From: Candidatus Oxydemutatoraceae bacterium
Lineage (GTDB): Bacteria; Pseudomonadota; Gammaproteobacteria; Poriferisulfidales; Oxydemutatoraceae
Assembly (NCBI GenBank): GCA_965220085.1
Contig: CBDCOZ010000003.1
Coordinates: 896,001-960,000, forward strand
Reading direction: 5' to 3'
Length of the DNA stretch: 64,000 bases
Shown: piece by piece, positions 27,441-36,985 of the stretch
How the letters are laid out: each line of letters begins with the position of its first letter
How positions within the stretch are numbered: position 1 is the stretch's first letter
Notes under the pieces: generated by a model
Databases searched by the model: none
The model's input: only the letters and a program-made list of their open reading frames with translations
Told to the model about the DNA's origin: nothing
Made by a program: the position numbers and the translations under genes

Positions 27441-28010
27441 ATGAAAACTGACAACGACAAAGCGATACAAGAATTGGTTTCCAAACTGCTATGCGAACTC
27501 GGCGAAGACCCGGCGCGCGAGGGCTTGCTGGAGACCCCGCGCCGAGTGGCCAAGGCGCTGAAATTTTTAACCAGCGGCTACCGCATAGATATCAAGGACA
27601 TCCTGCGCAAAGCGATGTTTGATGTCCAGTGCGACGAGATGGTTATTGTCAAAGATATTGAGTTTTACTCTCTTTGCGAGCATCACATTTTGCCGATTAC
27701 CGGCAAGGCGCACATCGGTTATTTGCCCAATAAAAAGGTGGTCGGCCTGAGCAAGTTGGCGCGGGTTGTCGATGTCTATGCGCGGCGTCTGCAAGTGCAA
27801 GAGAGGATGACGAATCAGATTGCCAGCGACCTGATGAATATTCTCAATGCGCGCGGCGTCGGAGTGGTCGTTGAGGCGATACACTACTGCATGGTTATGC
27901 GCGGCGTGCAGAAGCAGAATAGCAAGACGGTGACCAGCGCGATGGTCGGTTCGTTCCGCGACGACCCGAGGACCCGCACCGAATTTATGGGGCTTATCAA
28001 GAGCGTCTGA
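27441..28010 (+). CDS. folE: GTP cyclohydrolase I
   Basis: [45 protein letters not shown]. Confidence 0.96.
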   Translation: MKTDNDKAIQELVSKLLCELGEDPAREGLLETPRRVAKALKFLTSGYRIDIKDILRKAMFDVQCDEMVIVKDIEFYSLCEHHILPITGKAHIGYLPNKKVVGLSKLARVVDVYARRLQVQERMTNQIASDLMNILNARGVGVVVEAIHYCMVMRGVQKQNSKTVTSAMVGSFRDDPRTRTEFMGLIKSV

Positions 28011-28088
28011 CTGTGATTGTCGGAGTGTTCTTTGCCGATACCCGCATAATGCGCAAAGCGGTCTATAATACATAACTCATCCCGGTAC

Positions 28089-28165
28089 GCGCCCGTAGCT
28101 CAGTTGGATAGAGTACCTGGCTACGAACCAGGCGGTCGGAGGTTCGAATCCTTCCGGGCGCGCCA
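28089..28165 (+). tRNA. tRNA-Arg(ACG)
   Basis: GCGCCCG acceptor, AGCTCAGTTGGATAGAG D-arm, CCTGG-CT-ACG-AA-CCAGG, GGTTCGAATCC, CCA end. Confidence 0.96.
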
Positions 28166-28202
28166 GCAGATTGGAAAGATCGGGAATGCCGCGGGTCGCA
28201 AT

Positions 28203-28961
28203 ATGAGCATGAAGTTTTTTTTCACTCTGATCATCGTATCGATCGCCGGCTTCGCTCTGGCCGGCGATGCCTTTGACGATGCGTCGCGCGTGACGCGCGA
28301 TAGCTTGCGCGAATCCGCGGACTCACAGCTTTATATCAATGATTTGGATGACGAGACCGGGCGTTTGCTGGCGGAGTATCAAACGTTGCGCAAACAAAAT
28401 GCGGCGCTCTCGACATATGTCGAGCGGATGCAAACTTTGGTCGTCGATCAGAGACGGTCGCTGGACGCCCTGCGACAATCCATTGCGCGCGCCGGCAATA
28501 TCCGGCGCAGCGTGTTGCCGCTCGCCCACGAGATGGCCGGGGCTTTGCGAGAATTTGTGGCCGGGGACATGCCGTTTCGGCGACAACAGAGGCTCGAGGC
28601 CATCGACGATCTGCGCGTGATGCTGGATGATGCGGGCATCTCCGCCGCGCTCAAGTTCCAGCGTGTGCTGGAGATGTATGAGATCGAGCATGGCTACGGG
28701 CGGACGGCGGGAGTCTGGCGCGCGGCGGCGCCCGGCGGCGGCGATCAATTGGTCGATTTCTTGCGCATCGGTCGCAGCGCGCTGATATATCGCTATCCGG
28801 ATAAGAACAAAGCGATGGTCTGGAACAAGTCAAAAGAAGCATGGCAGCCGCTCGCCGACGAGTATGACCGTTATGTCCGGCGCGCGATGAGAATCGCGCG
28901 CCGCAATGCGGCGCCCGACTTGCTTGTCTTGCCGATGTTGCCGCCGCAGGCGGTCGAATAA
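28203..28961 (+). CDS. DUF3450-type periplasmic protein of TonB2/3 systems (TtpB-like)
   Basis: Signal peptide, coiled coil, DMPF..RL, EIEHGYGR, VDFLRIGR; first gene of the ttpC-exbB-exbD-tonB-TPR cluster. Confidence 0.8.
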   Translation: MSMKFFFTLIIVSIAGFALAGDAFDDASRVTRDSLRESADSQLYINDLDDETGRLLAEYQTLRKQNAALSTYVERMQTLVVDQRRSLDALRQSIARAGNIRRSVLPLAHEMAGALREFVAGDMPFRRQQRLEAIDDLRVMLDDAGISAALKFQRVLEMYEIEHGYGRTAGVWRAAAPGGGDQLVDFLRIGRSALIYRYPDKNKAMVWNKSKEAWQPLADEYDRYVRRAMRIARRNAAPDLLVLPMLPPQAVE

Positions 28962-28963
28962 CG

Positions 28964-30313
28964 ATGATGTGCCGCGGCTTGTTTTTTGTTTTGTTCGCGC
29001 TGTGGTGCGCGGGCAGCGGCGCAGAAGATGCTTTGTCGGACCGGGCCGAGGCGGAAGCCGCCGCCAATGCGCGCATCGATGACGAACGAGAGCGCGAGTT
29101 TCTCCGACGCAAGGAGCGACAGGCCGAGACCTTGTCGCGCGAGCGGGAAACATTTGAGCGGCTGACCGCGCAGAGCGAAGAGTTGGAAGCGGAATTTGAA
29201 ACGAATCGCGCCAAATTAGCCGAGCTGGAGACCATTTACCGCCAGCGGGCCGGCGATTCCACCGAGGTCTTTGCGTTGGTCAGGCGCGGCGGCGCGGAAT
29301 TCAAAGCGAGTTTGGCCGAGTCGTTCATCGGCCTGTTGGCGGTCGATTGGCAACAGCGTATCGATGCGATCACCGACAAGGAGGAGGTGTTTGACGCGCA
29401 AAAGACGCGCGATTTCGGGCGGCTGATGCTTGAGGTGATGGCCTTGCAATCCGGCAGTTATCAAAAGCCGACGGACATCATACGCGCCGATGGGCGGGTG
29501 GAAACACGTCAGGCAGTGTTCGTGGGCGAGTTCAGCGCGATGGCCGACGGGCAATTCCTGAAGTATTTGCCGAATAACGGAATTCCGGCAATCGTGCCGC
29601 GTCAGCCGGCGGCGCGTTACCTCTCTGTCGCCGCCGAGCTCGCCGCGGGCACAGCGGTCGATGAGAACGGGTTTGTTGCCACGCCGATCGATGTGTCGCG
29701 CGGGACGATATTTTCTATTCTGGAGCAGTCGCCGAATATCATAGAGCGGGTCGGGCAGGGCGGTGTGATCGCGGCAGTGATTTTGATTCTGGGCGCGATT
29801 GGTTTTGCGCTGGTTATCGAGCGCTTGTTTGTGTTGGTACGCACCGAGAGGGCGGTGTCCGCGCAAAAGGATAATGCTGTCTGGTCGGATGACAATCCGC
29901 TCGGGCGGCTGATGAATGCCTGCAAAGGGACGGAGCTTGCCGACTGCGAGGAGATGGAGTTGCGTTTGCACGATGCGGTATTGCGAGAAACGCAGATGTT
30001 GGAGCGGGGGTTTGGCATCATCAAGGCGCTGGCTTCTATCGCTCCGCTGCTTGGCTTGCTCGGTACCGTGGTCGGAATGATAGAGACTTTTCAGGCGATC
30101 ACCCTGTTTGGCGCCGGTGACGCGCGGGTGATGGCCGGCGGCATCAGTCAGGCTCTGGTCACGACGATGCTGGGTCTGGGGGCGGCGATTCCGTTGCTGT
30201 TGCTCTATGTGATTGCGACCGGTCGCAGCCGCCGGATTCGTCAGATATTGGAACAGCAGAGCGCCGGCGTTCTGGTCGCGAGAATTTTGCCGAAAGCGGG
30301 GGACAAAGCGTGA
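28964..30313 (+). CDS. Large MotA/TolQ/ExbB family protein (TtpC-like)
   Basis: Long periplasmic N-terminus, APLLGLLGTVVGMIETF, GGISQALVTTMLGL. Confidence 0.88.
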   Translation: MMCRGLFFVLFALWCAGSGAEDALSDRAEAEAAANARIDDEREREFLRRKERQAETLSRERETFERLTAQSEELEAEFETNRAKLAELETIYRQRAGDSTEVFALVRRGGAEFKASLAESFIGLLAVDWQQRIDAITDKEEVFDAQKTRDFGRLMLEVMALQSGSYQKPTDIIRADGRVETRQAVFVGEFSAMADGQFLKYLPNNGIPAIVPRQPAARYLSVAAELAAGTAVDENGFVATPIDVSRGTIFSILEQSPNIIERVGQGGVIAAVILILGAIGFALVIERLFVLVRTERAVSAQKDNAVWSDDNPLGRLMNACKGTELADCEEMELRLHDAVLRETQMLERGFGIIKALASIAPLLGLLGTVVGMIETFQAITLFGAGDARVMAGGISQALVTTMLGLGAAIPLLLLYVIATGRSRRIRQILEQQSAGVLVARILPKAGDKA

Positions 30314-30894
30314 TGGCCGGCGATATATTTGCGCTATTGGTGTGGCCGATTGAAGAGTTGATCGACTTGGGCGGCGCGGTGTTGTTGCCGATCATGCTGG
30401 CGACCTTCGTCATGTGGGCGCTGATCAGCGAGCGTTATTGGTATCTCACTTCAACCTGTTGCCGGCTCTATGACGATTGCCTGAAAGCCGGCGAGCGGAT
30501 GAGGGCCGCTTGCTCTGAGCGGCCGATTGCCGCCCTGCGGATGCGGCGGATTTCCGAATTTCGCTTATCGGCGGCGCGCGGGCTTGAGATCATACAGAGT
30601 TTGGTACGGGCGAACATCCTGTTGGGTTTGTTTGGCACGGTGCTCGGCATGATAGAGGTGTTTGACGGTCTTGCCAGCAGCGGCGTAGGCGATGCGCGCG
30701 TTGTCACCGATGGCATCTTCAAAGCGATTATCCCGACGCTGGCGGGAATGGTCGCGTCTTTGTCGGGCTTTGTGTTTTCGATTGACTTGAAGCGTCGTTT
30801 TAGGGCGGTGACCGAACGGTTTGCGATGGATTTATACGGGCGAACGCATGTTGCGGGCGGCGGGAGCGCGGCGCCGACGGGGGCCGGGGCTTGA
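30310..30894 (+). CDS. exbB: ExbB proton channel
   Basis: LLGLFGTVLGMIEVF, GIFKAIIPTLAGM; GTGA overlap. Confidence 0.85.
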   Translation: MMAGDIFALLVWPIEELIDLGGAVLLPIMLATFVMWALISERYWYLTSTCCRLYDDCLKAGERMRAACSERPIAALRMRRISEFRLSAARGLEIIQSLVRANILLGLFGTVLGMIEVFDGLASSGVGDARVVTDGIFKAIIPTLAGMVASLSGFVFSIDLKRRFRAVTERFAMDLYGRTHVAGGGSAAPTGAGA

Positions 30895-30895
30895 T

Positions 30896-31306
30896 ATGAG
30901 AAAACGATACGGCCAAGACGAGCGCGACGACGATCTGGACATCAACATGACCCCGATGTTGGATGTGATATTTATCCTGCTTATATTTTTTGTCGTCAGC
31001 GCATCCTTTGTCAAAGAAGCCGGCATCGCGGTCGATCGCCCGCAGTCCGACACGGCGGTGCGGCAGGATCAGGTCTCCGTCGTTGTCGCCATCAGCAGCG
31101 ATGGCGAGGTGTGGGTCAATCAGCGTCGTATCGACGCGCGCGCGGTCGCCGCCAATGTGGAACGCTTGCATCTGGAAAATCCGCAACTCTCGGTATTGGT
31201 GATGGCCGATCGCGCATCACAAAACGGCGTTCTGGTGAAAGTGTTGGACGGCATTCGCAAAGCCGGCGTTGAGAAGATTGCAATCGTCGCGAACCATGAC
31301 AGTTAG
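30896..31306 (+). CDS. exbD: ExbD
   Basis: INMTPMLDVIFILLIFFVVSASF with conserved TM Asp. Confidence 0.92.
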   Translation: MRKRYGQDERDDDLDINMTPMLDVIFILLIFFVVSASFVKEAGIAVDRPQSDTAVRQDQVSVVVAISSDGEVWVNQRRIDARAVAANVERLHLENPQLSVLVMADRASQNGVLVKVLDGIRKAGVEKIAIVANHDS

Positions 31307-31910
31307 ACATGCGGCGGCCTATCCGCTGCTGTTAGCGGTCGCGCTGTTGATCACCTGGTCTTTGTTTTTTCTGGTGTACCGGCTGACGGTATTTGAGGGG
31401 GCGGCGGAAGTCGGGGAGCCCAAGGTGTTTCCGATAGATTTTGTGGAAGTCGCCCGCGAATTGCCGGAAGAGCCCGAGCCGTTGCCGGAAAAACCCAAAC
31501 CGCAGGCGGCGCGACCGCAGATTCCGTCTATACAAAAATTTTCGCCGCCGATTCAACCGGCCCATCTGAGCGCCGATGGCGCGCTATTGTCAAACTTGAC
31601 CGGCTTGTTGACCGGATTGCCGGAGCCGGGTATCGGCGGCGAAGCGACTCCTATAGTCCGTGTCAGCCCGATTTACCCGGTATCCGCGGCGAGCCGGGGG
31701 GTTGAGGGGCGGGTCAGAATAGTGTTTGCCATCAACGAAGAAGGTTGGGTAGAGTCGCCCGAGGTGATCGAGTCCGAGCCCAGCGCGATTTTTAACCGTT
31801 CCGCCTTGCGCGCCGTTTCAAAGTGGCGCTATCGTCCGCAGATCACAGACGGTCGGGCGCAACGCCGCGAGGGGGTTGAGGTGATCATTGAATTTCGTTT
31901 GGATCAATGA
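31296..31910 (+). CDS. tonB: TonB energy transducer
   Basis: N-terminal TM, Pro-rich linker, PIYPVSAASRGVEGRV...KWRYRP C-terminal domain. Confidence 0.9.
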   Translation: MTVRHAAAYPLLLAVALLITWSLFFLVYRLTVFEGAAEVGEPKVFPIDFVEVARELPEEPEPLPEKPKPQAARPQIPSIQKFSPPIQPAHLSADGALLSNLTGLLTGLPEPGIGGEATPIVRVSPIYPVSAASRGVEGRVRIVFAINEEGWVESPEVIESEPSAIFNRSALRAVSKWRYRPQITDGRAQRREGVEVIIEFRLDQ

Positions 31911-33130
31911 TGACTGCTAGATCGGCTTGTCGGTTTTGCCGCATTGCTTCCGCCTTGGCGTTGCTCGTGTGCTCGCCAACTGTATTCGCGGCGCCGACCT
32001 ATCTGATTTCCCAACAGGTTTATGACGCGATTGACAAAAGCGGCGCGCATATTGAAAAAGGCGAGTACGCCGAAGCCGAAAGGATATTGAACGGCGCGCA
32101 CAAGCGCAAAGGTCAGGAGTTGAATGCATACGAAAAGGCCGTTATCTCTCAGCAACTCGCGGCGATAGACTTTGAACGCGAGGACTATCAATCGGCGCGA
32201 CTGCGGTTTGAGAAGTTTTTGCGCGAGGACGGTTTGCCGCGGCCGTTTTTGTCGCAGTTGCGCTTCAATCTCGCTCAGACGTATATGTTGCTTGAGCGCG
32301 ATGCCGATGCGGTTGCATTGTTGCGCCCGCTGTTTGAGGGCGATGCGCCGCCGCCGGCCGCTTTTTTTCTGGCTGCTGTCGCGTTGCGCAATATCGGCGA
32401 TACCGAAGAGGCATTGCGGCGTGCCGAGCGCGGCTTGGCGTTGGTCGCCGTACCCGATGAAACGCACTATGCGACGGCGCTTTCGCTCTATCTCGCATTG
32501 GAGGATTATCGGAATGCCGGGCAAATATTGGAACAGCTCCTCAGGAGATATCCCGACAAGGCGATGTATTGGCGGCAAGCGGCACAGGTGGCGATCCGTT
32601 TGGATGATCGCGCGCGCGCGCTGACGCTCGGCGATATGGGCTATCACCGCGGGGCGTTGCGCGAGGAAGAAGATGTGCTGTATCTTGTCAAGTTATACCT
32701 TGACCAGGGGGTGCCGCATAGGGCGGCGCGCCTTTTGAGCAAAGCGCTCGCTGACGGGGTCGTCGCAGAAACGGGCGATAACTGGTATTTGCTTTCGCTG
32801 GCGTGGAGCGATGCGCGGGAATTTGATCGCGCGATTGAGCCGTTGCGCAAGGCCGCGGAATTGTCCGACCACGGCCGCTTTTATAGCCGCCTCGGCAGAC
32901 TCTATATGGAGCAACGGCGGTGGGATGATGCCAGACAGATGTTCGCCTACGCGCTCGACAAAGGCGCGCTCAAGCAGGCGCACAAAACGCGCCTGCTGAA
33001 AGGCATCGCGTTAGTCGAATTGGGACGCATCGAGGAAGCCGAGCAAGAATTCACATACTGTCTTTCGCACCCGGACACCTACGAAGAGGCGGCCGGTTGG
33101 CTGACCTTCCTCGGCGCCGCTTCGCGCTGA
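31907..33130 (+). CDS. TPR repeat protein of TonB2-type cluster (TtpD-like)
   Basis: Signal peptide, helical TPR-like repeats, GVPHRAARLL, C-terminal A.GWL.FL. Confidence 0.8.
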   Translation: MMTARSACRFCRIASALALLVCSPTVFAAPTYLISQQVYDAIDKSGAHIEKGEYAEAERILNGAHKRKGQELNAYEKAVISQQLAAIDFEREDYQSARLRFEKFLREDGLPRPFLSQLRFNLAQTYMLLERDADAVALLRPLFEGDAPPPAAFFLAAVALRNIGDTEEALRRAERGLALVAVPDETHYATALSLYLALEDYRNAGQILEQLLRRYPDKAMYWRQAAQVAIRLDDRARALTLGDMGYHRGALREEEDVLYLVKLYLDQGVPHRAARLLSKALADGVVAETGDNWYLLSLAWSDAREFDRAIEPLRKAAELSDHGRFYSRLGRLYMEQRRWDDARQMFAYALDKGALKQAHKTRLLKGIALVELGRIEEAEQEFTYCLSHPDTYEEAAGWLTFLGAASR

Positions 33131-33136
33131 CACCGG

Positions 33137-34720
33137 TCATAGGTCAAAGACGACGCGGAATCCGATCTGCGGCGAGCGCAATGACAAGGGTATGCGGTTC
33201 TCAAAATCAATCCGCGCCGCGTCTTTTCCGGGCAAGGCATAGTTTCCTCCTTTGACCAGCGCCACATAGTGATCGTCCGCCGCGATGATGCTGCGCGTCC
33301 ATTCGGACACATTGCCGCCCATGTCATAGATGCCGCTTTCGGTCTTGTCCTTTCTGTCGGGGTTTTGTTGCTGTGGCGCCGTGCGCTTGCTCTCGGCCGC
33401 GATGGCGTATCGTCGGCGCGGCTGATTGCCCCACGGGTAGACGCTTCTTGCGCTGTTGGAGCCGGCGATCATCCATTCCTCCGCCGAAGGCAGCCGCCCG
33501 CCGGCCCAATTTGCAAACGCCCACGCCGACCACCAACTGATGCCCGTAATCGGCAAGACATCGTTGGCATCGGGTGTGTCGCTCCAGTCGTCGGGCGCAT
33601 AGCGGTGGCTCTTCGGCTCTTTCTCGTTCGCATACAGACCGATTCGCACAAGCGGGTCGGCGAGAAAGTTTCTATACTGCGCGCGCGTGACCTCGTGGCG
33701 CAAGATGCGAAAGTCCGTTTTTTGTCGGGTTTGATTGAAGAGCGATTCGATCACCGCGACCTTTTGCCCGGAGAGGTTGGCCAGCAGCGCGGGTATGCGC
33801 GCGCCTTCGCGCAGCCCGATGCGGATCGTGTCGGTCGCAATCCGGCGGGTTTGCGGGGGCTTGTCCCCCCAGGGCAAGCGGTCGGGTCTGCGGTCGTAAA
33901 CACAGCGAAAACCGACATACGGGGAGCGGTATTTGCGCGGGGCGTAACGGTAGAAAGCGGCCAGACTGTATATCGCAAACGGGCGGTTATATGCGTTGCC
34001 CCCGTGCAGGCTGGGCCGGCTGTCATCGTTGTCGCCGTCGGCCCACTCGGAAACCGCATCGCCCATGTTATGGATTCCGCTCGGGGTATCGGCGGCGGCA
34101 TGCAGTCCGCATTTTTGCGCGGCGTTCAAACGGCTGTCGAGGTACGGCCAGGCATCGGATACGAATGTGTCTCCCCACGGGTAGAGTCGCTGTTGCTTGC
34201 CGGCGGCGATGGCTATCCATTCCGATTGCCGCGGCAGGCGCCCGCCGCTCGCTTTGCAATATGCGTAGGCGTCGTAGTAACTCACGCCGTTGGCCGGCGC
34301 TTGCAAGCGCCCGCTGACCTTGTGCTCGGCGCTGCTACTCCTGTATTTCCAGTCCGCCGGTTGTCCCGGCGCGGCGATGTCCGCTTGGGGATGGCGTTGT
34401 TGCCATTTGACAAATTTGTAGAAATCGCTTTGTCGCACTTCGCAGCGATCGACCCATGCGGTATTGAGGCGGTAATCAAACGGCGGTTTGTCGAGCAGGT
34501 GGTCAAAAGAGCGTATGTGCTTGAAGTGTCGGATGTTTTCCAGAAGAATCTCGTCAAGGGCGTTGCTCGCGTCGGCGATGTCTTCGGTGTCTGTGCGGAT
34601 CGTGACGGTGTCAAAATCATGCAACGCGGCGGACAGTTTGTAGATGCCAAGAGCGGTGCCGGTGACAACGATAACGACGAGGAAGGAGTTGACGAACTTT
34701 GTAAGGAAACGAAACCGCAT
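33137..34720 (-). CDS. Membrane-anchored protein with two FGE-sulfatase (SUMF1/EgtB/PvdO-like) domains
   Basis: Twice: EV...Y..F, (G/S)(V/I)S..(D/S)A.A(Y/F), GGRLP...EW, YPWG, (N/D)MG..VSEW, GFR.V; N-terminal TM. Confidence 0.85.
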   Translation of the reverse strand: MRFRFLTKFVNSFLVVIVVTGTALGIYKLSAALHDFDTVTIRTDTEDIADASNALDEILLENIRHFKHIRSFDHLLDKPPFDYRLNTAWVDRCEVRQSDFYKFVKWQQRHPQADIAAPGQPADWKYRSSSAEHKVSGRLQAPANGVSYYDAYAYCKASGGRLPRQSEWIAIAAGKQQRLYPWGDTFVSDAWPYLDSRLNAAQKCGLHAAADTPSGIHNMGDAVSEWADGDNDDSRPSLHGGNAYNRPFAIYSLAAFYRYAPRKYRSPYVGFRCVYDRRPDRLPWGDKPPQTRRIATDTIRIGLREGARIPALLANLSGQKVAVIESLFNQTRQKTDFRILRHEVTRAQYRNFLADPLVRIGLYANEKEPKSHRYAPDDWSDTPDANDVLPITGISWWSAWAFANWAGGRLPSAEEWMIAGSNSARSVYPWGNQPRRRYAIAAESKRTAPQQQNPDRKDKTESGIYDMGGNVSEWTRSIIAADDHYVALVKGGNYALPGKDAARIDFENRIPLSLRSPQIGFRVVFDL

Positions 34721-34724
34721 CGCG

Positions 34725-36464
34725 TTACGCTACGCGCCGGAAACGGCGCAGTATTCCGAATAACAGGATCAGCGCGACCGCTCCGAATACAAAAAACGAT
34801 TCCTTTTCTTTGCGGAACGGAATCGGCGGATGAAATGTGTATGTGTGGAGTTGGTTTATTTGCACGCCATTTTCATCGCTGGCGATGACAAACTCGCCGT
34901 CGTCGGCAAAATGCCCGTAGACAAACGACAGCACGTAATCGCCGCGTTTCGGGCTGCTCAAACTGGCCGCGCGCCAACGGTCTTCGGCGGGGGCGATGGT
35001 ATCCGGCGGAATCATCAATATGTGCGATTGGTTGATCGGCGCGGACAACCCTTTGTATATCGCCGGAAAGAGACCGAACCGCATCTGCGCATGCGCTTCT
35101 GCGGGCAGAAAATCCAGCCTGACTTGATCCGGTGTGCCGAGAAAAGAAGCCGTTTTCAGCGGCTTGTTCGCCGCCACCTTCAAGGCGTTGTTGGCGAAGT
35201 CGGGCGATATGTTTTGGTCGACTTCCAAAGCCTTGGGCTCGCCGGGCATCGCCAGCAGACCTTTGACCAGATCGGCAAAGAAAGTCAGCGCAACCGGGTC
35301 GGTCGGCGGCGGGGTGGTCAATGCCGGCACGACGATGTCACGCTGAAAGTGGAAGCGTTCCAAGACAGAATAGTCGCCCGCTTGCGCCGCTAAGTCCGCT
35401 CGCTCCATGAAATTGTACAGAGCGAACATCAAACTCAGATAGCTCACTTCGGGTTGGCGACCGGGGCGCCCTTGCATCTCCAGTATTTGTTGCAACTTTT
35501 CTTGCAACGACTTTTGCGCAGACGGCGTGGCGGCGCGAAATTGCACGATACTGGGCAAGCCGCCGCGCGCGGGTTCTCTTGCGAGGTCGCCGGACATCAT
35601 TTGAGCAAGCGTTTCAAACATCCGATCGCTGAGTCTTGATTCTTGGCTCTCGCTGTCCGTCCGCCGTTCGCTTTGCGCGCCCGGGCCGAAGGCTTCTTGA
35701 TCCTGCGATTGCGACAGTTCGGTATCGTAGGCGAGATCGTCAAAAGGATATTGTTCGTTGGCATCGGACACATCTAGTTCGACCTCGCCGGGGAAGGACT
35801 CCCACATGCGCTCGGCGCTCTCGTTGCCGCCGTCGCGATCGCTCTGACTTTCTCCCGGCAGGCGGGTCTCGTCTTCTTCTTCGGGTTTCTCCTTGTTTTC
35901 CGCGCCTTGGGCGAGTTGTTCGGGGCTGTCGTCGTCGCCGCCTTTCCGCTCGTCCAGAAAATGCCAGTGCGAGGGCAGTCGCCCGTACTTGCGGATGATC
36001 GACATCGTGACATAGAACAACTGTATGTCATAGACATCTATGCGTATGCGGCGATGCTGTTGCGGCGACAAGGTTCGCAGGAAGCGGTCAAAGGCATTTT
36101 CTTGAAGCAACAGCGTGTCGCGCCCAAAGCGTTTGCCGGTGTGGTAATCGCGTATAAACCCTTTGTGCAACTCAATGATGGGCATGATATCCGGGCGCGG
36201 GTTGCGGTCGAGCGGGGAGTTTTCATAGTCGTGCAGACGCGCCAGAGCCGACGTCGGCAGGCTGTTCATAACGACCGAGGTCGCTATGTCACGGCTCAAT
36301 AAAACCGAGACCTCTTCGTATTCGGTCAGTTGTTCCTGTTCCTTCTGGTGCTTGATAGAGATGGTGATGACGATCAGGATGATGATCATCGCCACGCTGT
36401 TGGCAAGGATGTCCGCCAGCCCTATGCCGGCGAATTCGGGCAAAAAAGACGGTTTCTTTTTCAT
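34725..36464 (-). CDS. Hypothetical membrane protein, N-terminal TM with Asp (MotB/ExbD-like) and C-terminal TM
   Basis: GIGLADILANSVAMIIILIVITISI; acidic low-complexity linker; FFVFGAVALILLFGILRRFRR; ATGA overlap. Confidence 0.75.
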   Translation of the reverse strand: MKKKPSFLPEFAGIGLADILANSVAMIIILIVITISIKHQKEQEQLTEYEEVSVLLSRDIATSVVMNSLPTSALARLHDYENSPLDRNPRPDIMPIIELHKGFIRDYHTGKRFGRDTLLLQENAFDRFLRTLSPQQHRRIRIDVYDIQLFYVTMSIIRKYGRLPSHWHFLDERKGGDDDSPEQLAQGAENKEKPEEEDETRLPGESQSDRDGGNESAERMWESFPGEVELDVSDANEQYPFDDLAYDTELSQSQDQEAFGPGAQSERRTDSESQESRLSDRMFETLAQMMSGDLAREPARGGLPSIVQFRAATPSAQKSLQEKLQQILEMQGRPGRQPEVSYLSLMFALYNFMERADLAAQAGDYSVLERFHFQRDIVVPALTTPPPTDPVALTFFADLVKGLLAMPGEPKALEVDQNISPDFANNALKVAANKPLKTASFLGTPDQVRLDFLPAEAHAQMRFGLFPAIYKGLSAPINQSHILMIPPDTIAPAEDRWRAASLSSPKRGDYVLSFVYGHFADDGEFVIASDENGVQINQLHTYTFHPPIPFRKEKESFFVFGAVALILLFGILRRFRRVA

Positions 36465-36985
36465 CGCCCCCCGGCGCGATCTTTAATCACATCGCTGATG
36501 TACGGCGGTATGTCGTTGAGGCTTACCGATTTCAACAACTCGCGTTCGGCGATGATCCAGCCGATCGCTATCCGTCGGTTCGGCAGCGCACGTCGGATGC
36601 AGTTGCGCGCTTTTGCCATGACCGGAACGCTTTCTTCGGTGATGGTGAAGATCATCTGTTGCTTGGGTTGGCTGTAAATCTTTTTTGCATAAGCGACAAA
36701 GGGATCGTTGGGTTTGCAGATATCGTCATATTTGACTGTCTCGTTCGTTTCAACGATACGCAGTTCGGACGGAAACGTGATGATCGCATAGCCGCTGCCG
36801 CGCGCGCCCCAGCTGACTTTGTAATCGCCGCCGTCGTTGATTTCTTCAAGCCGCTCCCGGATGGACGCTTGTGAGAAGAGGTTGATTAATAAGAATAGCA
36901 CAAGCAAGAGGGCGAATACGCCGCCGAAGATCTCAATCATCGGCGCGTTGTTGCGTTCGCTATCGCGCAGACTATCGTGACGCAT
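36461..36985 (-). CDS. Hypothetical single-pass membrane protein, ExbD/MotB-like TM with Glu
   Basis: NNAPMIEIFGGVFALLLVLFLLINLF; overlaps neighbours on both sides. Confidence 0.72.
   Translation of the reverse strand: MRHDSLRDSERNNAPMIEIFGGVFALLLVLFLLINLFSQASIRERLEEINDGGDYKVSWGARGSGYAIITFPSELRIVETNETVKYDDICKPNDPFVAYAKKIYSQPKQQMIFTITEESVPVMAKARNCIRRALPNRRIAIGWIIAERELLKSVSLNDIPPYISDVIKDRAGGR

Noticed and set aside
28104-28202. N-terminal extension of the DUF3450-type ORF
   Set aside because: Overlaps tRNA-Arg; start moved to ATG 28203.
33137-33300. FGE-sulfatase C-terminus as a DGR target
   Set aside because: No second copy of this region and no reverse transcriptase seen in the window.
33269-34888. 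539-aa plus-strand ORF and similar long antisense ORFs (e.g. 1693-2841, 4904-6169, 17168-18262, 55532-56656)
   Set aside because: Antisense shadows of well-supported genes in high-GC DNA.
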